This document shows, piece after piece, positions 9,290-19,570 of a stretch of 64,000 bases of DNA. Numbering within the stretch: the stretch's first letter is position 1; every line of letters starts with the position of its first letter. Made by a program: the position numbers and the translations under genes. The DNA comes from Aquiluna sp. (lineage in GTDB: Bacteria; Actinomycetota; Actinomycetes; Actinomycetales; Microbacteriaceae): positions 6,051 through 70,050 of the forward strand of contig JBMLPC010000052.1 in NCBI GenBank assembly GCA_049242305.1, given 5' to 3'. The notes under the pieces are model-generated. The model had not been told where the DNA came from and made no database searches. It was given only the letters and a program-made list of their open reading frames with translations.

Positions 9290-11058
9290 TGGCACACCTA
9301 CTCGGCGCTGAATCCATCTCACACAGCTTTCCGACCAAGACGGTCTTTAAGTCCGTCACGGTGGGGATAAATGAAGGCGACCGAATCGGAGTGGTTGGTC
9401 GAAATGGAGACGGAAAATCCACACTCCTAAAAATCTTAACTAAGCAGTTGGAGCCCGATCAGGGTCGAGTTACTTGGCGTGGGGGCTTGGACGTCGGCTT
9501 TTTGAGACAGCAAGATAACTTTCCAGCCGATGCTACTATCGCCGAGCTAATTGTTGGTGATCGACCAGAACATGAGTGGGCTTCGGATCCGAAAATTAGA
9601 GATGTGCTGGCGGGTTTGGTATCCGATTTAGATTGGCACCAAAAAGTCTCAACGCTGTCTGGCGGTCAACTTAGAAGAGTCGCCCTAGCTCAACTCTTAG
9701 TTGGTGAGCATGACGTGATCATGCTGGATGAGCCAACCAACCACCTAGACATAGATGGAGTGAATTGGCTTGCCCAGCACCTTAAGAACCGGTGGTCAAA
9801 GTCCGCCGGGGGATTGCTGGTTATCACCCACGATCGATGGTTCCTGGATGAGATTTCCAATTACACCTGGGAAGTTGTCGGTGGTCGAATCGAGCCATTT
9901 GTTGGTGGCTATGCCGCTTACATTCAGCAACGTGCAGAGCGAGCCAGGCAGCAGGCTGCCATCGAAGCAAGAAGACAGAACTTGCTTAGAAAAGAACTAG
10001 CTTGGCTTGGACGCGGGGCGCCAGCTAGAACAACAAAACCGAAGTTCAGAATGGATGCCGCACTTGAGCTGATTGGCAATGAGCCTCCTCCGCGTGATCC
10101 CATTGAACTTGCCAAGTTAGCCACCACTCGGCTCGGTAAAGATGTTGTCGACTTGGAAGATGTGAGCTACCGGGTTGACGGAAAAACAGTGCTTAAGAAT
10201 GTGACACTGCGTCTAGGTCCAGGCGATCGAATTGGCCTGTTGGGTCGAAACGGAATTGGAAAAACAACTCTCCTGAGAATTTTGACCGGCGAAATTTCAC
10301 CAACCAGTGGCCGCGTCAAAATTGGCAAGACTGTGAAGTTTGCCAAACTTTCTCAGGATGTCAGGGAACTCGACTCCTTTGCTGATGAGCGAATTTACAC
10401 AATGATTCGTCGCGAGAAAACAACCTTCATGGTTGGGAAAAAAGAGATCCCCACAAGTCAGCTTGTTGAGCAGTTGGGATTTGAGTCTGCTGAGCTACAA
10501 ACGCCCATCTCAGACTTATCTGGCGGTCAGAGACGCCGATTTCAACTACTGAGACTTCTTTTTACCGAACCAAACGTTTTAATACTTGATGAGCCAACCA
10601 ATGATTTGGACACCGACATGCTGGCTGCGTTGGAGGACCTTCTCGACAGCTGGCCTGGGACTTTGATAGTGGTTTCGCATGATCGGTACTTAATGGAGCG
10701 AACGACTGATAATCAATACGCAATTCTTCCAAATGGTACTTTCCGCCACCTGCCAGGTGGAGTCGATCAGTATTTGAACATCAAGGTTGTTACACCTGAG
10801 GCAAAAGAAACCATAACTGTTGAAACGGAAATGTCTGGAGCGGAGCGAAGAGCGCTCGAAAAAGAATCAGCACGTCTAGAGCGACAGCTCACAAAACTTG
10901 AGCAGGAGCTAGAGCAGATTCACCTAGACCTTGCACAAGCCAATCAAAGTGACTACCAATCGTTGACTGAGCTGGCAAAACATGAGGAGCAGACCCGCAT
11001 GGCAATTGCTCAAACCGAGGAAAGCTGGCTGGAAGTAGCCCAGAAACTACAGTCCTAG
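9289..11058 (+). CDS. ABC-F family ATPase (Uup-like)
   Basis: Two ABC domains (GRNGDGKST, GRNGIGKTT, LSGGQ, DEPTN), no TM segments, coiled-coil tail. Confidence 0.92.
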   Translation: MAHLLGAESISHSFPTKTVFKSVTVGINEGDRIGVVGRNGDGKSTLLKILTKQLEPDQGRVTWRGGLDVGFLRQQDNFPADATIAELIVGDRPEHEWASDPKIRDVLAGLVSDLDWHQKVSTLSGGQLRRVALAQLLVGEHDVIMLDEPTNHLDIDGVNWLAQHLKNRWSKSAGGLLVITHDRWFLDEISNYTWEVVGGRIEPFVGGYAAYIQQRAERARQQAAIEARRQNLLRKELAWLGRGAPARTTKPKFRMDAALELIGNEPPPRDPIELAKLATTRLGKDVVDLEDVSYRVDGKTVLKNVTLRLGPGDRIGLLGRNGIGKTTLLRILTGEISPTSGRVKIGKTVKFAKLSQDVRELDSFADERIYTMIRREKTTFMVGKKEIPTSQLVEQLGFESAELQTPISDLSGGQRRRFQLLRLLFTEPNVLILDEPTNDLDTDMLAALEDLLDSWPGTLIVVSHDRYLMERTTDNQYAILPNGTFRHLPGGVDQYLNIKVVTPEAKETITVETEMSGAERRALEKESARLERQLTKLEQELEQIHLDLAQANQSDYQSLTELAKHEEQTRMAIAQTEESWLEVAQKLQS

Positions 11059-11097
11059 CAATCTTCTGGCAGACTTATCGCGAGGTTTCGGCCTCAT

Positions 11098-11172
11098 TCC
11101 GCTCTGGTGTAATGGCAGCACGGCGCCCTTTGGAGGCGTCCGGTCTAGGTTCGAATCCTAGGGGCGGAGCCA
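11098..11172 (+). tRNA. tRNA-Gln(TTG)
   Basis: Acceptor TCCGCTC/GGGCGGA, anticodon loop CT-TTG-GA, GTTCGAATC T-loop, encoded CCA. Confidence 0.97.
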
Positions 11173-11191
11173 GCAGTGATTAGGAGGCAGA

Positions 11192-12604
11192 ATGCGCCAA
11201 CTGGCTGTGGTTGTCTTGTCTGCGGGCGAGGGAACCAGAATGAAGAGTTCAGTTCCTAAGGTCCTGCATGAAATTGCTGGTCTTCCGATGCTCGGTCACG
11301 TTTTGGCCACTGCCCACTCGCTATCTGCTAATCACGTCATCACAGTTTTGCGCCACGACAAAGAGAAGATCGAGCAATACATCTCGCAGCATTTTCCATC
11401 GACAGAAATTGCCGTCCAAGATGAAATTCCTGGTACTGGAAGAGCGGCAGAGGCTGCACTAGCGCTTCTTTCCGAAGATTTTGATGGCGATGTTTTGATC
11501 CTTTCGGGTGATGTTCCCTTGATTGATGTCCAGAGCATTAGCGAGTTAATTGAGCGCCATCGAGATAGCTCGGCACTGGGAACTTTAGTTAGCTGTGAGC
11601 TTTCGAACCCCACTGGCTATGGACGAATTATTCGATCTCGTGGCGAGTTGGTTGGAATTGTTGAGCAGAAAGACGCCAGCGATGATCAACGCGAGATTAG
11701 AGAAGTAAATGCTGGAGTCTATGTATTCTCGGCCAAAATGCTCAGAAACGCTCTAGCCAAGGTCACGACTAAAAATGCTGCTGGTGAAAAGTACCTCACC
11801 GATGTAGTGGGCCTCTTGATTGATCAGGGAAATGTTCAGGCTTTTCAAATTGTTGACCGCTGGCTAGTAGCTGGCATCAATGATCGAGTTCAGTTAGGTG
11901 AAGTTGCATCTGAGCTAAACGCGCGAATTGTTCGAGCATGGCAACTAGCAGGTGTCACGATTGACGAGCCGGCCAGCACATGGATTGATGTAACAGTGCA
12001 ACTTGGCCAGGACGTCAGGATTTTGCCCTCCACCCGTTTGCACGGAATCACCACGGTGGGGCAGGACAGCACAATTGGCCCTGACACAACATTGCAAAAC
12101 TGCCAAATTGGCGCAGGCGTGAAAGTTACGAGATCTGTAGCAGATTCTGTAAAGATTTCTGATGGTGCATCTGTCGGACCTTTTGCATATTTGCGACCCG
12201 GTACTGACTTGGGAGAGCAGGGCAAGATTGGCGCCTTTGTTGAGACCAAGAATGCCAAGATTGGCGCTGGCGCTAAGGTTCCACACCTGACTTATGTTGG
12301 TGATGCAGAGATCGGCGAGGGCGCAAATATCGGAGCAGGCACAATCTTTGCCAATTACGACGGCGTCAATAAGCACCAGACCAAGGTTGGCCGGCATGCT
12401 CGAACCGGTAGCGGAAATGTCTTTGTAGCCCCAGTCACAATCGGGGATGGTGCCTACACAGCCGCTGGCTCCACCATCCGCAGGGATGTTGAGCCAGGTG
12501 CCATGGCTATGAATCCCGTCACCCAAAAGAATCTGGCAGACTGGGTCTTACAAAAGCGACCTGGCTCTGATTCCGCCAAAGCCGCTGAAAAAGGGACGGA
12601 GTAG
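11192..12604 (+). CDS. glmU: Bifunctional UDP-GlcNAc pyrophosphorylase/acetyltransferase
   Basis: LSAGEGTRMKS, GYGRI, hexapeptide repeats, HLTYVGDA. Confidence 0.97.
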   Translation: MRQLAVVVLSAGEGTRMKSSVPKVLHEIAGLPMLGHVLATAHSLSANHVITVLRHDKEKIEQYISQHFPSTEIAVQDEIPGTGRAAEAALALLSEDFDGDVLILSGDVPLIDVQSISELIERHRDSSALGTLVSCELSNPTGYGRIIRSRGELVGIVEQKDASDDQREIREVNAGVYVFSAKMLRNALAKVTTKNAAGEKYLTDVVGLLIDQGNVQAFQIVDRWLVAGINDRVQLGEVASELNARIVRAWQLAGVTIDEPASTWIDVTVQLGQDVRILPSTRLHGITTVGQDSTIGPDTTLQNCQIGAGVKVTRSVADSVKISDGASVGPFAYLRPGTDLGEQGKIGAFVETKNAKIGAGAKVPHLTYVGDAEIGEGANIGAGTIFANYDGVNKHQTKVGRHARTGSGNVFVAPVTIGDGAYTAAGSTIRRDVEPGAMAMNPVTQKNLADWVLQKRPGSDSAKAAEKGTE

Positions 12605-12607
12605 TCA

Positions 12608-13582
12608 TTGGCTATTGAGAAGGCCGCCAGCAAGCAGCTGGTAATTGCATCTGGAAGAGCTCACCAAGGTCTTGCTCAAGAAGTCGCTGAAATCCTGCAA
12701 ACAGACTTAGTCCCGGTCACGGCATACGACTTTGCCAACGGTGAAACCTTCGTCCGTTACGAGCGCAGCGTGCGCGGTGTTGATGCCTTCATCATTCAGT
12801 CCCATCCAAATCCAGTCAATCACTGGCTCATGGAACAGCTATTGATGGTCGACGCCATGAATCGCGCGAGCGCTAAGCGCATCACCGTGGTTGCTCCATT
12901 TTTTCCTTATGCTCGCCAAGATAAGAAGCACAAGGGACGTGAGCCAATTTCGGCAAGGTTAGTCACCGATTTGTTCCGCACCGCTGGTGCTACGCGTCTG
13001 ATGGCTGTGGATCTTCACGCACCGCAGATTCAAGGATTCTTTGACGGACCAGTAGATCATCTTTGGGCTTTGCCACTGCTAGCAGATCACGTAGCTGAAA
13101 AGTACGGCACGGAGAACCTAACCGTGGTCTCACCTGACTCGGGGCGTGTGCGAGTAGCGGATATCTGGGCTGACCGACTAGGAAGTCCACTAGCAATTGT
13201 TCACAAACGCCGCGATCCAGATAAGCCAAATCAAGTTCAAGTAAATGAAATTGTTGGAAAAGTTCGAGGACGCGACTGCCTGATTGTCGATGACATGATC
13301 GACACTGGTGGAACGATTCTGGCAGCGGCAAATGCTCTGAAGGAAAATGGCGCTGCCAAAGTAATCGTTGCGGCAACTCACCCGGTCTTTTCGCCACCCG
13401 CCAAAGAAAGACTTTCTGACCCAGTGATTGACTCCGTGGTGGTAACCAACACCTTGCCAATCACTCCGGATAAGGAATTTGAGAGTTTGACTGTGCTTTC
13501 CATTGCTCCGTTGATTGCCAAGGCAATTGCGGCTGTCTTCTACGACGACTCAGTTAACTCTTTGTTTCCTGGCCACGCCTAA
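12608..13582 (+). CDS. prs: Ribose-phosphate pyrophosphokinase
   Basis: YARQDKK, DLHAPQIQGFF, VDDMIDTGGT. Confidence 0.97.
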   Translation: MAIEKAASKQLVIASGRAHQGLAQEVAEILQTDLVPVTAYDFANGETFVRYERSVRGVDAFIIQSHPNPVNHWLMEQLLMVDAMNRASAKRITVVAPFFPYARQDKKHKGREPISARLVTDLFRTAGATRLMAVDLHAPQIQGFFDGPVDHLWALPLLADHVAEKYGTENLTVVSPDSGRVRVADIWADRLGSPLAIVHKRRDPDKPNQVQVNEIVGKVRGRDCLIVDDMIDTGGTILAAANALKENGAAKVIVAATHPVFSPPAKERLSDPVIDSVVVTNTLPITPDKEFESLTVLSIAPLIAKAIAAVFYDDSVNSLFPGHA

Positions 13583-13591
13583 AGTTTGAGC

Positions 13592-14788
13592 GTGCGAAAA
13601 CTCTCACTAACTGACACAGTTTTCATAGGCCTGGCAGCGATGTTAGGTGCCGGGGTTTTTGTGATTTTTGGCCCTGCTGCCCTCTTTGCCGGATCAGCAC
13701 TTCCGTTTGCAATTCTTCTTGCAGCCTTGGTTGCTTATCTAAACGCTGGAAGCGTCGCTCAATTGGCGAAAGTAGTAAACAGGTCTGGTGGGGGATACGC
13801 GTACGCGCGAGTCTACATCTCAAAGAATTTCAGTTTCTTGGCGGGCAGCTCCTTCTTGGTTGGCAAGATCGGGTCTTCGGCGGCAATTGCATTGACTGTT
13901 GCCTCGTACCTTACGCCTAACAATCTTTTGGCAACAGCGATTGGATCTGTGGTTGTAATGACTGCAATCAACTTGGCGGGAATAAATAGAACTGCCTTCG
14001 GCTCGAAGGTTTTAGCGACCATCACCGTTTTGTTTCTGGTTACTTTGGTGGTAGCAGCAATTTCTCTGCCAGCTGCTGCAAGCGAATTAAAAGGCGGAGC
14101 GCCAATCGGAGTTCTCTCAGCGGCAGCTCTCTTTTTCTTTGCCTTTGCCGGTTACGCCAGAGTTGCAACTCTTGGCGGTGAGGTTAGGCAGTCCGAGCGC
14201 AATGTTCCAAGAGCCATCTGGATATCGCTGGCCGCTGTGTTGGCAATCTACTTGACTCTGTCAGTTTTACTTAGTGACAAATTAGGTGCTGATCTGACAG
14301 GCACCGTAACTCCTTTGGCAGATCTTGCTGCTAAGACGTGGCTTGGTGGTGAATACATTTGGATTTTCGCATCACTGGCCGGGCTGGGCTCTTTGCTCGC
14401 TTTGTTGGCTGGCATGAGCAGGACTGCCGCTGAGATGGCCATTGATCGGGAATTACCTGCAGCATTTGCCAGGAAACTTCCCAACGGAGCACCTGTTCTG
14501 GCGGAGCTAGTAATTGCAGGTTTTTCGATTGCTTTAGTTGCCTTTGGCGGCGTTCTTTTGAGCCTTGGAATATCTTCGTTCGCCGTACTTCTGTACTACG
14601 CGATTACAAATTTCGCGGCTTTTCGCCAGCCAACCACAGAAACCAATCGGCCTAAAATCCTAAATCTTCTAGGCCTGGCACTCTGCCTGCTATTAGCCCT
14701 GAGCGTGCCTATCGACGGGCTGGTTGTTGGGGCCACCATCCTGACCTTGCTGATGTTGATACGTTGGGGCTTGAGGGCACTGCGCTAA
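13592..14788 (+). CDS. APC family amino-acid permease
   Basis: GLAAMLGAGVF, SGGGYAY, FFAFAGYA; many TM helices. Confidence 0.85.
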   Translation: MRKLSLTDTVFIGLAAMLGAGVFVIFGPAALFAGSALPFAILLAALVAYLNAGSVAQLAKVVNRSGGGYAYARVYISKNFSFLAGSSFLVGKIGSSAAIALTVASYLTPNNLLATAIGSVVVMTAINLAGINRTAFGSKVLATITVLFLVTLVVAAISLPAAASELKGGAPIGVLSAAALFFFAFAGYARVATLGGEVRQSERNVPRAIWISLAAVLAIYLTLSVLLSDKLGADLTGTVTPLADLAAKTWLGGEYIWIFASLAGLGSLLALLAGMSRTAAEMAIDRELPAAFARKLPNGAPVLAELVIAGFSIALVAFGGVLLSLGISSFAVLLYYAITNFAAFRQPTTETNRPKILNLLGLALCLLLALSVPIDGLVVGATILTLLMLIRWGLRALR

Positions 14789-14806
14789 ATCCGCTATTCT
14801 TTTGAA

Positions 14807-14877
14807 GTTCAGCGGCGAGGGGTACTCAAGGTATCCGTTATCGACGAGGTTTCCTCGCCCACTAATGCGAGGAAATA
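14807..14877 (+). promoter_or_regulatory. Candidate structured rplY 5' leader with an RBS-sequestering hairpin
   Basis: TTTCCTCGC (14850-58) pairs with GCGAGGAAA (14867-75) or with GGCGAGGGG (14814-22); -10 TATTCT at 14795-14800. Confidence 0.6.
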
Positions 14878-15498
14878 ATGTCTGAGACAAAGATTCAAGC
14901 CGAAGTTAGATCATCGTTCGGCAAGGGCGCTGCCCGCAAACTACGAGCCGCTGGAAGAACTCCTGCCGTTATCTACGGCCACGGAAACGCTACTCGTCAC
15001 ATTCACGTGCCAGCTCACCAGGTTGCACTGGCACTTAGAACCAAGAACGCACTGCTTGAGCTAAACATCGCTGGCAAGGAAGAGCTAGTTCTCGTAAAGA
15101 GCGCTGCTAAGGATCCAGTTACCCAGGTCATCGAGCACATCGACCTAGTTGAGGTGCGCAAGGGTGAGAAGGTCCACGTTGAGGTGCCAGTTCACATTGT
15201 TGGTGAAGTTATCAGCGGAGCTGTTTTGGATCTCGAGCACAAGACTGTCAAGGTGGAGGCAGAAGCTACTCACATTCCACAGTTCATCGAGTTGGTAATT
15301 TCCAAGGACCACACAGTTGGCCACCACTACACCGTTGCGGACCTCAATGTTCCGCAGGGTGTCACCATGGACCTGCCTGCTACTGAACTAGTGGCATCTG
15401 TTGTTGAAACAAAGGCCGGTGTATCTGAAGAGACCCCTGCTGCTGAGCCAGCACAGCCTGTAGCAACCGCACAAAAGTCTGAAGAAACTGACAAGTAA
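14878..15498 (+). CDS. rplY: 50S ribosomal protein bL25/Ctc
   Basis: GKGAARKLR, PAVIYG, HIDL; directly upstream of pth. Confidence 0.96.
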   Translation: MSETKIQAEVRSSFGKGAARKLRAAGRTPAVIYGHGNATRHIHVPAHQVALALRTKNALLELNIAGKEELVLVKSAAKDPVTQVIEHIDLVEVRKGEKVHVEVPVHIVGEVISGAVLDLEHKTVKVEAEATHIPQFIELVISKDHTVGHHYTVADLNVPQGVTMDLPATELVASVVETKAGVSEETPAAEPAQPVATAQKSEETDK

Positions 15499-15502
15499 CA
15501 AT

Positions 15503-16033
15503 TTGACGTGGCTCGTGCTCGGCCTTGGCAATCCAGGGCCGGAGCACGAAGCTAACCGTCACAACATCGGTCAAATTGTTGTTGATGAGCTTGCGCACGA
15601 GCTTGGCGCAAGCTTCAAATCACACAAAAGTGGATCTGTCGTGGCTGAGTATCGCTCGCCTGGCGGACCAAAAATAGTTTTAGCCAAAAGCACCGGTTAC
15701 ATGAACCTCTCCGGCAATCCAGCCATTCAACTTCTACAATTTTTCTCTCTTGAATCCGATCAGCTAATCGTCATCCACGATGAGCTGGATTTGCCATTCG
15801 GTGAGGTCAGAAGCAAGTTTGATGGTGGTCATGCTGGACACAACGGCCTAAGAGACATCAGTGAAAAGTGCGGCACTGAATATCACAGAATTCGCTTCGG
15901 AATTGGTCGGCCGACCAATGGTCAAGAGGTAGCTGACTTTGTCTTGAAAAACTTCAACTCTGAAGAGCGGTCAAAGCTAAAAGTGCTGGTAGACCAAGCA
16001 ATTCGAAAAACCAAGAACATCATCGGTCTATAG
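15503..16033 (+). CDS. pth: Peptidyl-tRNA hydrolase
   Basis: GLGNPG, RHNIG, YMNLSG, HDELD, GHNGL. Confidence 0.97.
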   Translation: MTWLVLGLGNPGPEHEANRHNIGQIVVDELAHELGASFKSHKSGSVVAEYRSPGGPKIVLAKSTGYMNLSGNPAIQLLQFFSLESDQLIVIHDELDLPFGEVRSKFDGGHAGHNGLRDISEKCGTEYHRIRFGIGRPTNGQEVADFVLKNFNSEERSKLKVLVDQAIRKTKNIIGL

Positions 16034-16048
16034 CCCTAAACTCCTAGG

Positions 16049-19000
16049 GTGACCATCCGCTCACTGATTTCTGCGGCCGCGCAAGCGCGCTCGCTGCAGC
16101 CTACCCGTGAGCTAATAGCCTCTGAGCTTTTTGCGCCTTCCAAAACTCAAGCCATAGTCCTCGCCAGCATGCTTCGCAGTTCAGCTAAACCACTAATGGT
16201 TATTGCCGCAACAGGTCGCCAGGTTGAAGAGCTGGCTACCTCCTTATCAGAGCTCGTTGATGATCTTGAAGTAATTGACTTTCCGGCCTGGGAAACGCTT
16301 CCTCATGAGCGGCTTTCACCATCACCGGAGACCGTTGGCAAAAGAATCAGTGCACTTCATCGAATAGCCCAGCTGGAGAAAAAGAAATCAACTACACCGA
16401 CTGTCATCCTGATGTCGATAAGGTCTGCTTTGCAGCCACTAATCTCAGGGATTTTGGATTACCAGCCACTGACACTAAAGCAGGGACGTGAATATCTCTT
16501 ACCTGAACTGACTCTGAAATTGATTGAATTTGCCTACGAAAGAGTCGATCTAGTTACCGAGCGTGGCGAGTTTTCAGTTCGAGGTGGCATCGTTGACATC
16601 TTTCCAACCACCGCTGATTTTGCGATTCGCTTGGAATTCTTCGGTGACCTAGTCGATGAGATTCGACAGTTTCATGTCGCTGACCAAAGGTCTTTCCAGT
16701 CAGCGATCGAAGACGTGACTATTTATCCCGCCCGCGAACTTCTAATCACCCCAGCTGTTGCAGCCAAGGCGCGAGAGATGGCGCATGAGTTTCCCAACTT
16801 GACTGAAATGCTCGAAAAGATAGCTAACGCAATACCCGTGGCTGGCATGGAATCTCTCGCCCCCGTCCTTGCACCGAAGCTTTTGCCAATTACGGAATAC
16901 GTCAAGACCTCTGTCGCCGTTTTGCTCGAACCGGAAAAACTAGCCGCCAGGGCGGAGAGTCTGCTGAAGACAAATCAAGAATTCCTGCATGCCGCATGGG
17001 ATGTTGCACTCTCTGGCGCTAAAGCCCCAATTGATTTATCAGAGGGCGGATACCTTGAACTATCAGAGCTGAAGTCACGCTTGCGAAGCGATCGTGAATT
17101 ACTTGAAGTTTCATCACTAATAAGTGAAGACAGTCTTGATCTGGGACTCAAGGAGATTCCCACCTTTGCGCCAGGCGAAAGCATTGAATGGTTAGCTGAC
17201 CAAGTATCGAATCAACAAGCAGTTGTTCTGCTGGCGCGCGGCCATGGAACGGCCGAGCGAATAATGGAAGTGGTCGCCTCGCAAAGTCTTCCCTGCACAC
17301 TGACTGAAACGATTAGAGAGCCTAAACCTGCACAGATCACGGTGGCGGTTGGAAACCTCGCGCATGGTTTTGTGCTACCCGATGCAAAGCTCGTAGTTCT
17401 CACCGAGGAAGAATTCTTTGGCTTCGCATCTAGCTATCTAGCTCCTAAGGAAAGAAAGATTGCTAGGCGTCGAGGAAGCCAAGTCGATCCGCTAGAACTA
17501 AAGGCGGGTGACTATGTTGTGCACGAAATTCATGGCGTTGGAAGATTCAAGGAGCTAGTACAGCGAACTAACCGCGCTCAGGCGAGAGAGTATTTACTCG
17601 TTGAATATGCGCCGCCAAAGCGGGGCTATCCGCCAGACACTCTATTTGTTCCAACGGATCAGCTGGACTTGCTATCTCGCTATGTCGGGGGCGAGGCACC
17701 AGTTCTTTCTAAGATGGGCGGCGCCGATTGGGCGAGAGCTAAGAGCAATGCACGCAAAGCGGTAAGAAAGATTGCGATTGATCTGGTCAAACTATATGCC
17801 GCACGTGTTAAGTCGCAAGGTTTTGCGTTTTCATCAGATACGGAATGGCAAAGGGAACTGGAAGATGCTTTCCCGTACCAGGAGACTCCTGATCAGCTGA
17901 CGACAATTGATGAAGTCAAGCGAGATATGGAAAAACCGATTCCAATGGATCGGCTACTGGCCGGCGATGTCGGTTATGGCAAGACAGAAGTTGCGCTGAG
18001 AGCTGCCTTCAAGGCCATTCAGGATCATAAACAGGTTGCAATGTTGGTACCAACCACCCTGTTGGTAAAGCAACATTTTGAAACCTTTCAAGCACGTTTC
18101 TCTGGTTTCCCTGTCAACATCGCCGCCCTTTCGCGTTTTCAGTCCGCCACTGAAACTAAGAAGGTTCTGGAGGGCCTGCGCACGGGTTCAATTGACTTGG
18201 TTATTGGAACTCATCGGCTTCTGTCTGAGTCCATTAGGTATCGCGATTTGGGCCTTTTGATTATTGATGAGGAGCAGCGCTTTGGCGTTGAACATAAGGA
18301 AAAAATCAAAGACCTTCGTCAAAATGTCGATGTTCTTGCGATGAGCGCAACCCCGATCCCTCGAACCCTTGAGATGGCAGTGACTGGGATTCGAGAGATG
18401 TCGACCCTAGCAACCCCGCCCGAAGATCGGCACCCAATTCTGACTTATGTTGGTGCCTATAACGATGCCACCGTTGCTGCTGCAATTCGAAGGGAATTGA
18501 TTCGTGATGGGCAAGTCTTCTTCATCCACAATCGCGTCGCGACGATTGACTCAACAGCTGCCAATCTGGCCAAGTTAGTTCCCGAGGCAAGAATTGCTAT
18601 TGCTCACGGGCAAATGCCAGAGCATCAGTTAGAACAGGTGGTGGTTGATTTTTGGGAAAAGAAGTTCGATGTCCTTGTTTCAACAACCATTATTGAGACA
18701 GGGATCGACATCCCGAATGCAAACACTTTGATAGTTGATAGGGCAGAGAATTTTGGCCTTAGTCAGCTACATCAAATTAGAGGCCGGGTAGGTCGCTCAA
18801 GTGAGCGAGCTTACGCTTACTTCTTTTATGACCCCGTCAAGCCACTGGGGGAGACGGCGTTCGACAGGCTCTCCACAATCGCCACTCACAACGAGCTTGG
18901 TAGTGGCATGCAGGTGGCAATGAAGGATCTTGAGATCCGCGGCGCGGGCAATCTATTAGGCGGGGAGCAGTCAGGTCACATTGCAGGTGTGGGATTTGAT

Positions 19001-19570
19001 TTATACATGCGAATGATTTCGGAGGCGGTCAGCGAATTCCGCGGCGTGAAAATTGCAACACCCTCTGAGCTGAAACTTGAACTGCCAATCGATGCTCGAA
19101 TTCCAACTGAATATGTTGATTCAGATCGCCTGCGCCTGGAGGCCTATCACAAGCTGGCCGCAGCATCCGGCGCAACTGGCACCGAGCAGCAATTAGAAGA
19201 GATCAAGGCTGAGATTGAAGACCGATTCGGTCCTGCACCCATCCCAGTTCTAAATCTGCTTGAGGTCGCTGCGCTGCGGCAGCAGGCTAATCGACAAGGT
19301 TTACTGGAAGTCAATCTCTTGGGCGCCCTGGCCAGAGTTCAACCGGTTGATCTAACCGAATCCGAGCTCGTTCAATTCAGTCATATTTATCCAAGTCTGA
19401 AATACCTCAAGAGTTCGCACTTAATGACTATTGCCATTCCAAAATCAGATGACTCTGAGACCATTCGGGACCAGGAAGTGATTAACTGGGTTAGAAACCT
19501 TCTTGGGAAGTTGCAGGAAATCGCCGATGGAAAAGCTAGCCAGTCTGATTCAAACCGCTCATCAACTTAG
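16049..19570 (+). CDS. mfd: Transcription-repair coupling factor
   Basis: CarD-like RID, GDVGYGKTEVA, DEEQRFG, QIRGRVGR, TRCF C-terminus. Confidence 0.98.
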   Translation: MTIRSLISAAAQARSLQPTRELIASELFAPSKTQAIVLASMLRSSAKPLMVIAATGRQVEELATSLSELVDDLEVIDFPAWETLPHERLSPSPETVGKRISALHRIAQLEKKKSTTPTVILMSIRSALQPLISGILDYQPLTLKQGREYLLPELTLKLIEFAYERVDLVTERGEFSVRGGIVDIFPTTADFAIRLEFFGDLVDEIRQFHVADQRSFQSAIEDVTIYPARELLITPAVAAKAREMAHEFPNLTEMLEKIANAIPVAGMESLAPVLAPKLLPITEYVKTSVAVLLEPEKLAARAESLLKTNQEFLHAAWDVALSGAKAPIDLSEGGYLELSELKSRLRSDRELLEVSSLISEDSLDLGLKEIPTFAPGESIEWLADQVSNQQAVVLLARGHGTAERIMEVVASQSLPCTLTETIREPKPAQITVAVGNLAHGFVLPDAKLVVLTEEEFFGFASSYLAPKERKIARRRGSQVDPLELKAGDYVVHEIHGVGRFKELVQRTNRAQAREYLLVEYAPPKRGYPPDTLFVPTDQLDLLSRYVGGEAPVLSKMGGADWARAKSNARKAVRKIAIDLVKLYAARVKSQGFAFSSDTEWQRELEDAFPYQETPDQLTTIDEVKRDMEKPIPMDRLLAGDVGYGKTEVALRAAFKAIQDHKQVAMLVPTTLLVKQHFETFQARFSGFPVNIAALSRFQSATETKKVLEGLRTGSIDLVIGTHRLLSESIRYRDLGLLIIDEEQRFGVEHKEKIKDLRQNVDVLAMSATPIPRTLEMAVTGIREMSTLATPPEDRHPILTYVGAYNDATVAAAIRRELIRDGQVFFIHNRVATIDSTAANLAKLVPEARIAIAHGQMPEHQLEQVVVDFWEKKFDVLVSTTIIETGIDIPNANTLIVDRAENFGLSQLHQIRGRVGRSSERAYAYFFYDPVKPLGETAFDRLSTIATHNELGSGMQVAMKDLEIRGAGNLLGGEQSGHIAGVGFDLYMRMISEAVSEFRGVKIATPSELKLELPIDARIPTEYVDSDRLRLEAYHKLAAASGATGTEQQLEEIKAEIEDRFGPAPIPVLNLLEVAALRQQANRQGLLEVNLLGALARVQPVDLTESELVQFSHIYPSLKYLKSSHLMTIAIPKSDDSETIRDQEVINWVRNLLGKLQEIADGKASQSDSNRSST

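Noticed and set aside
11059-11191. Integrated element at tRNA-Gln (tRNA-Leu also checked)
   Set aside because: No integrase, no duplicated tRNA 3' end seen, and core genes flank both tRNAs
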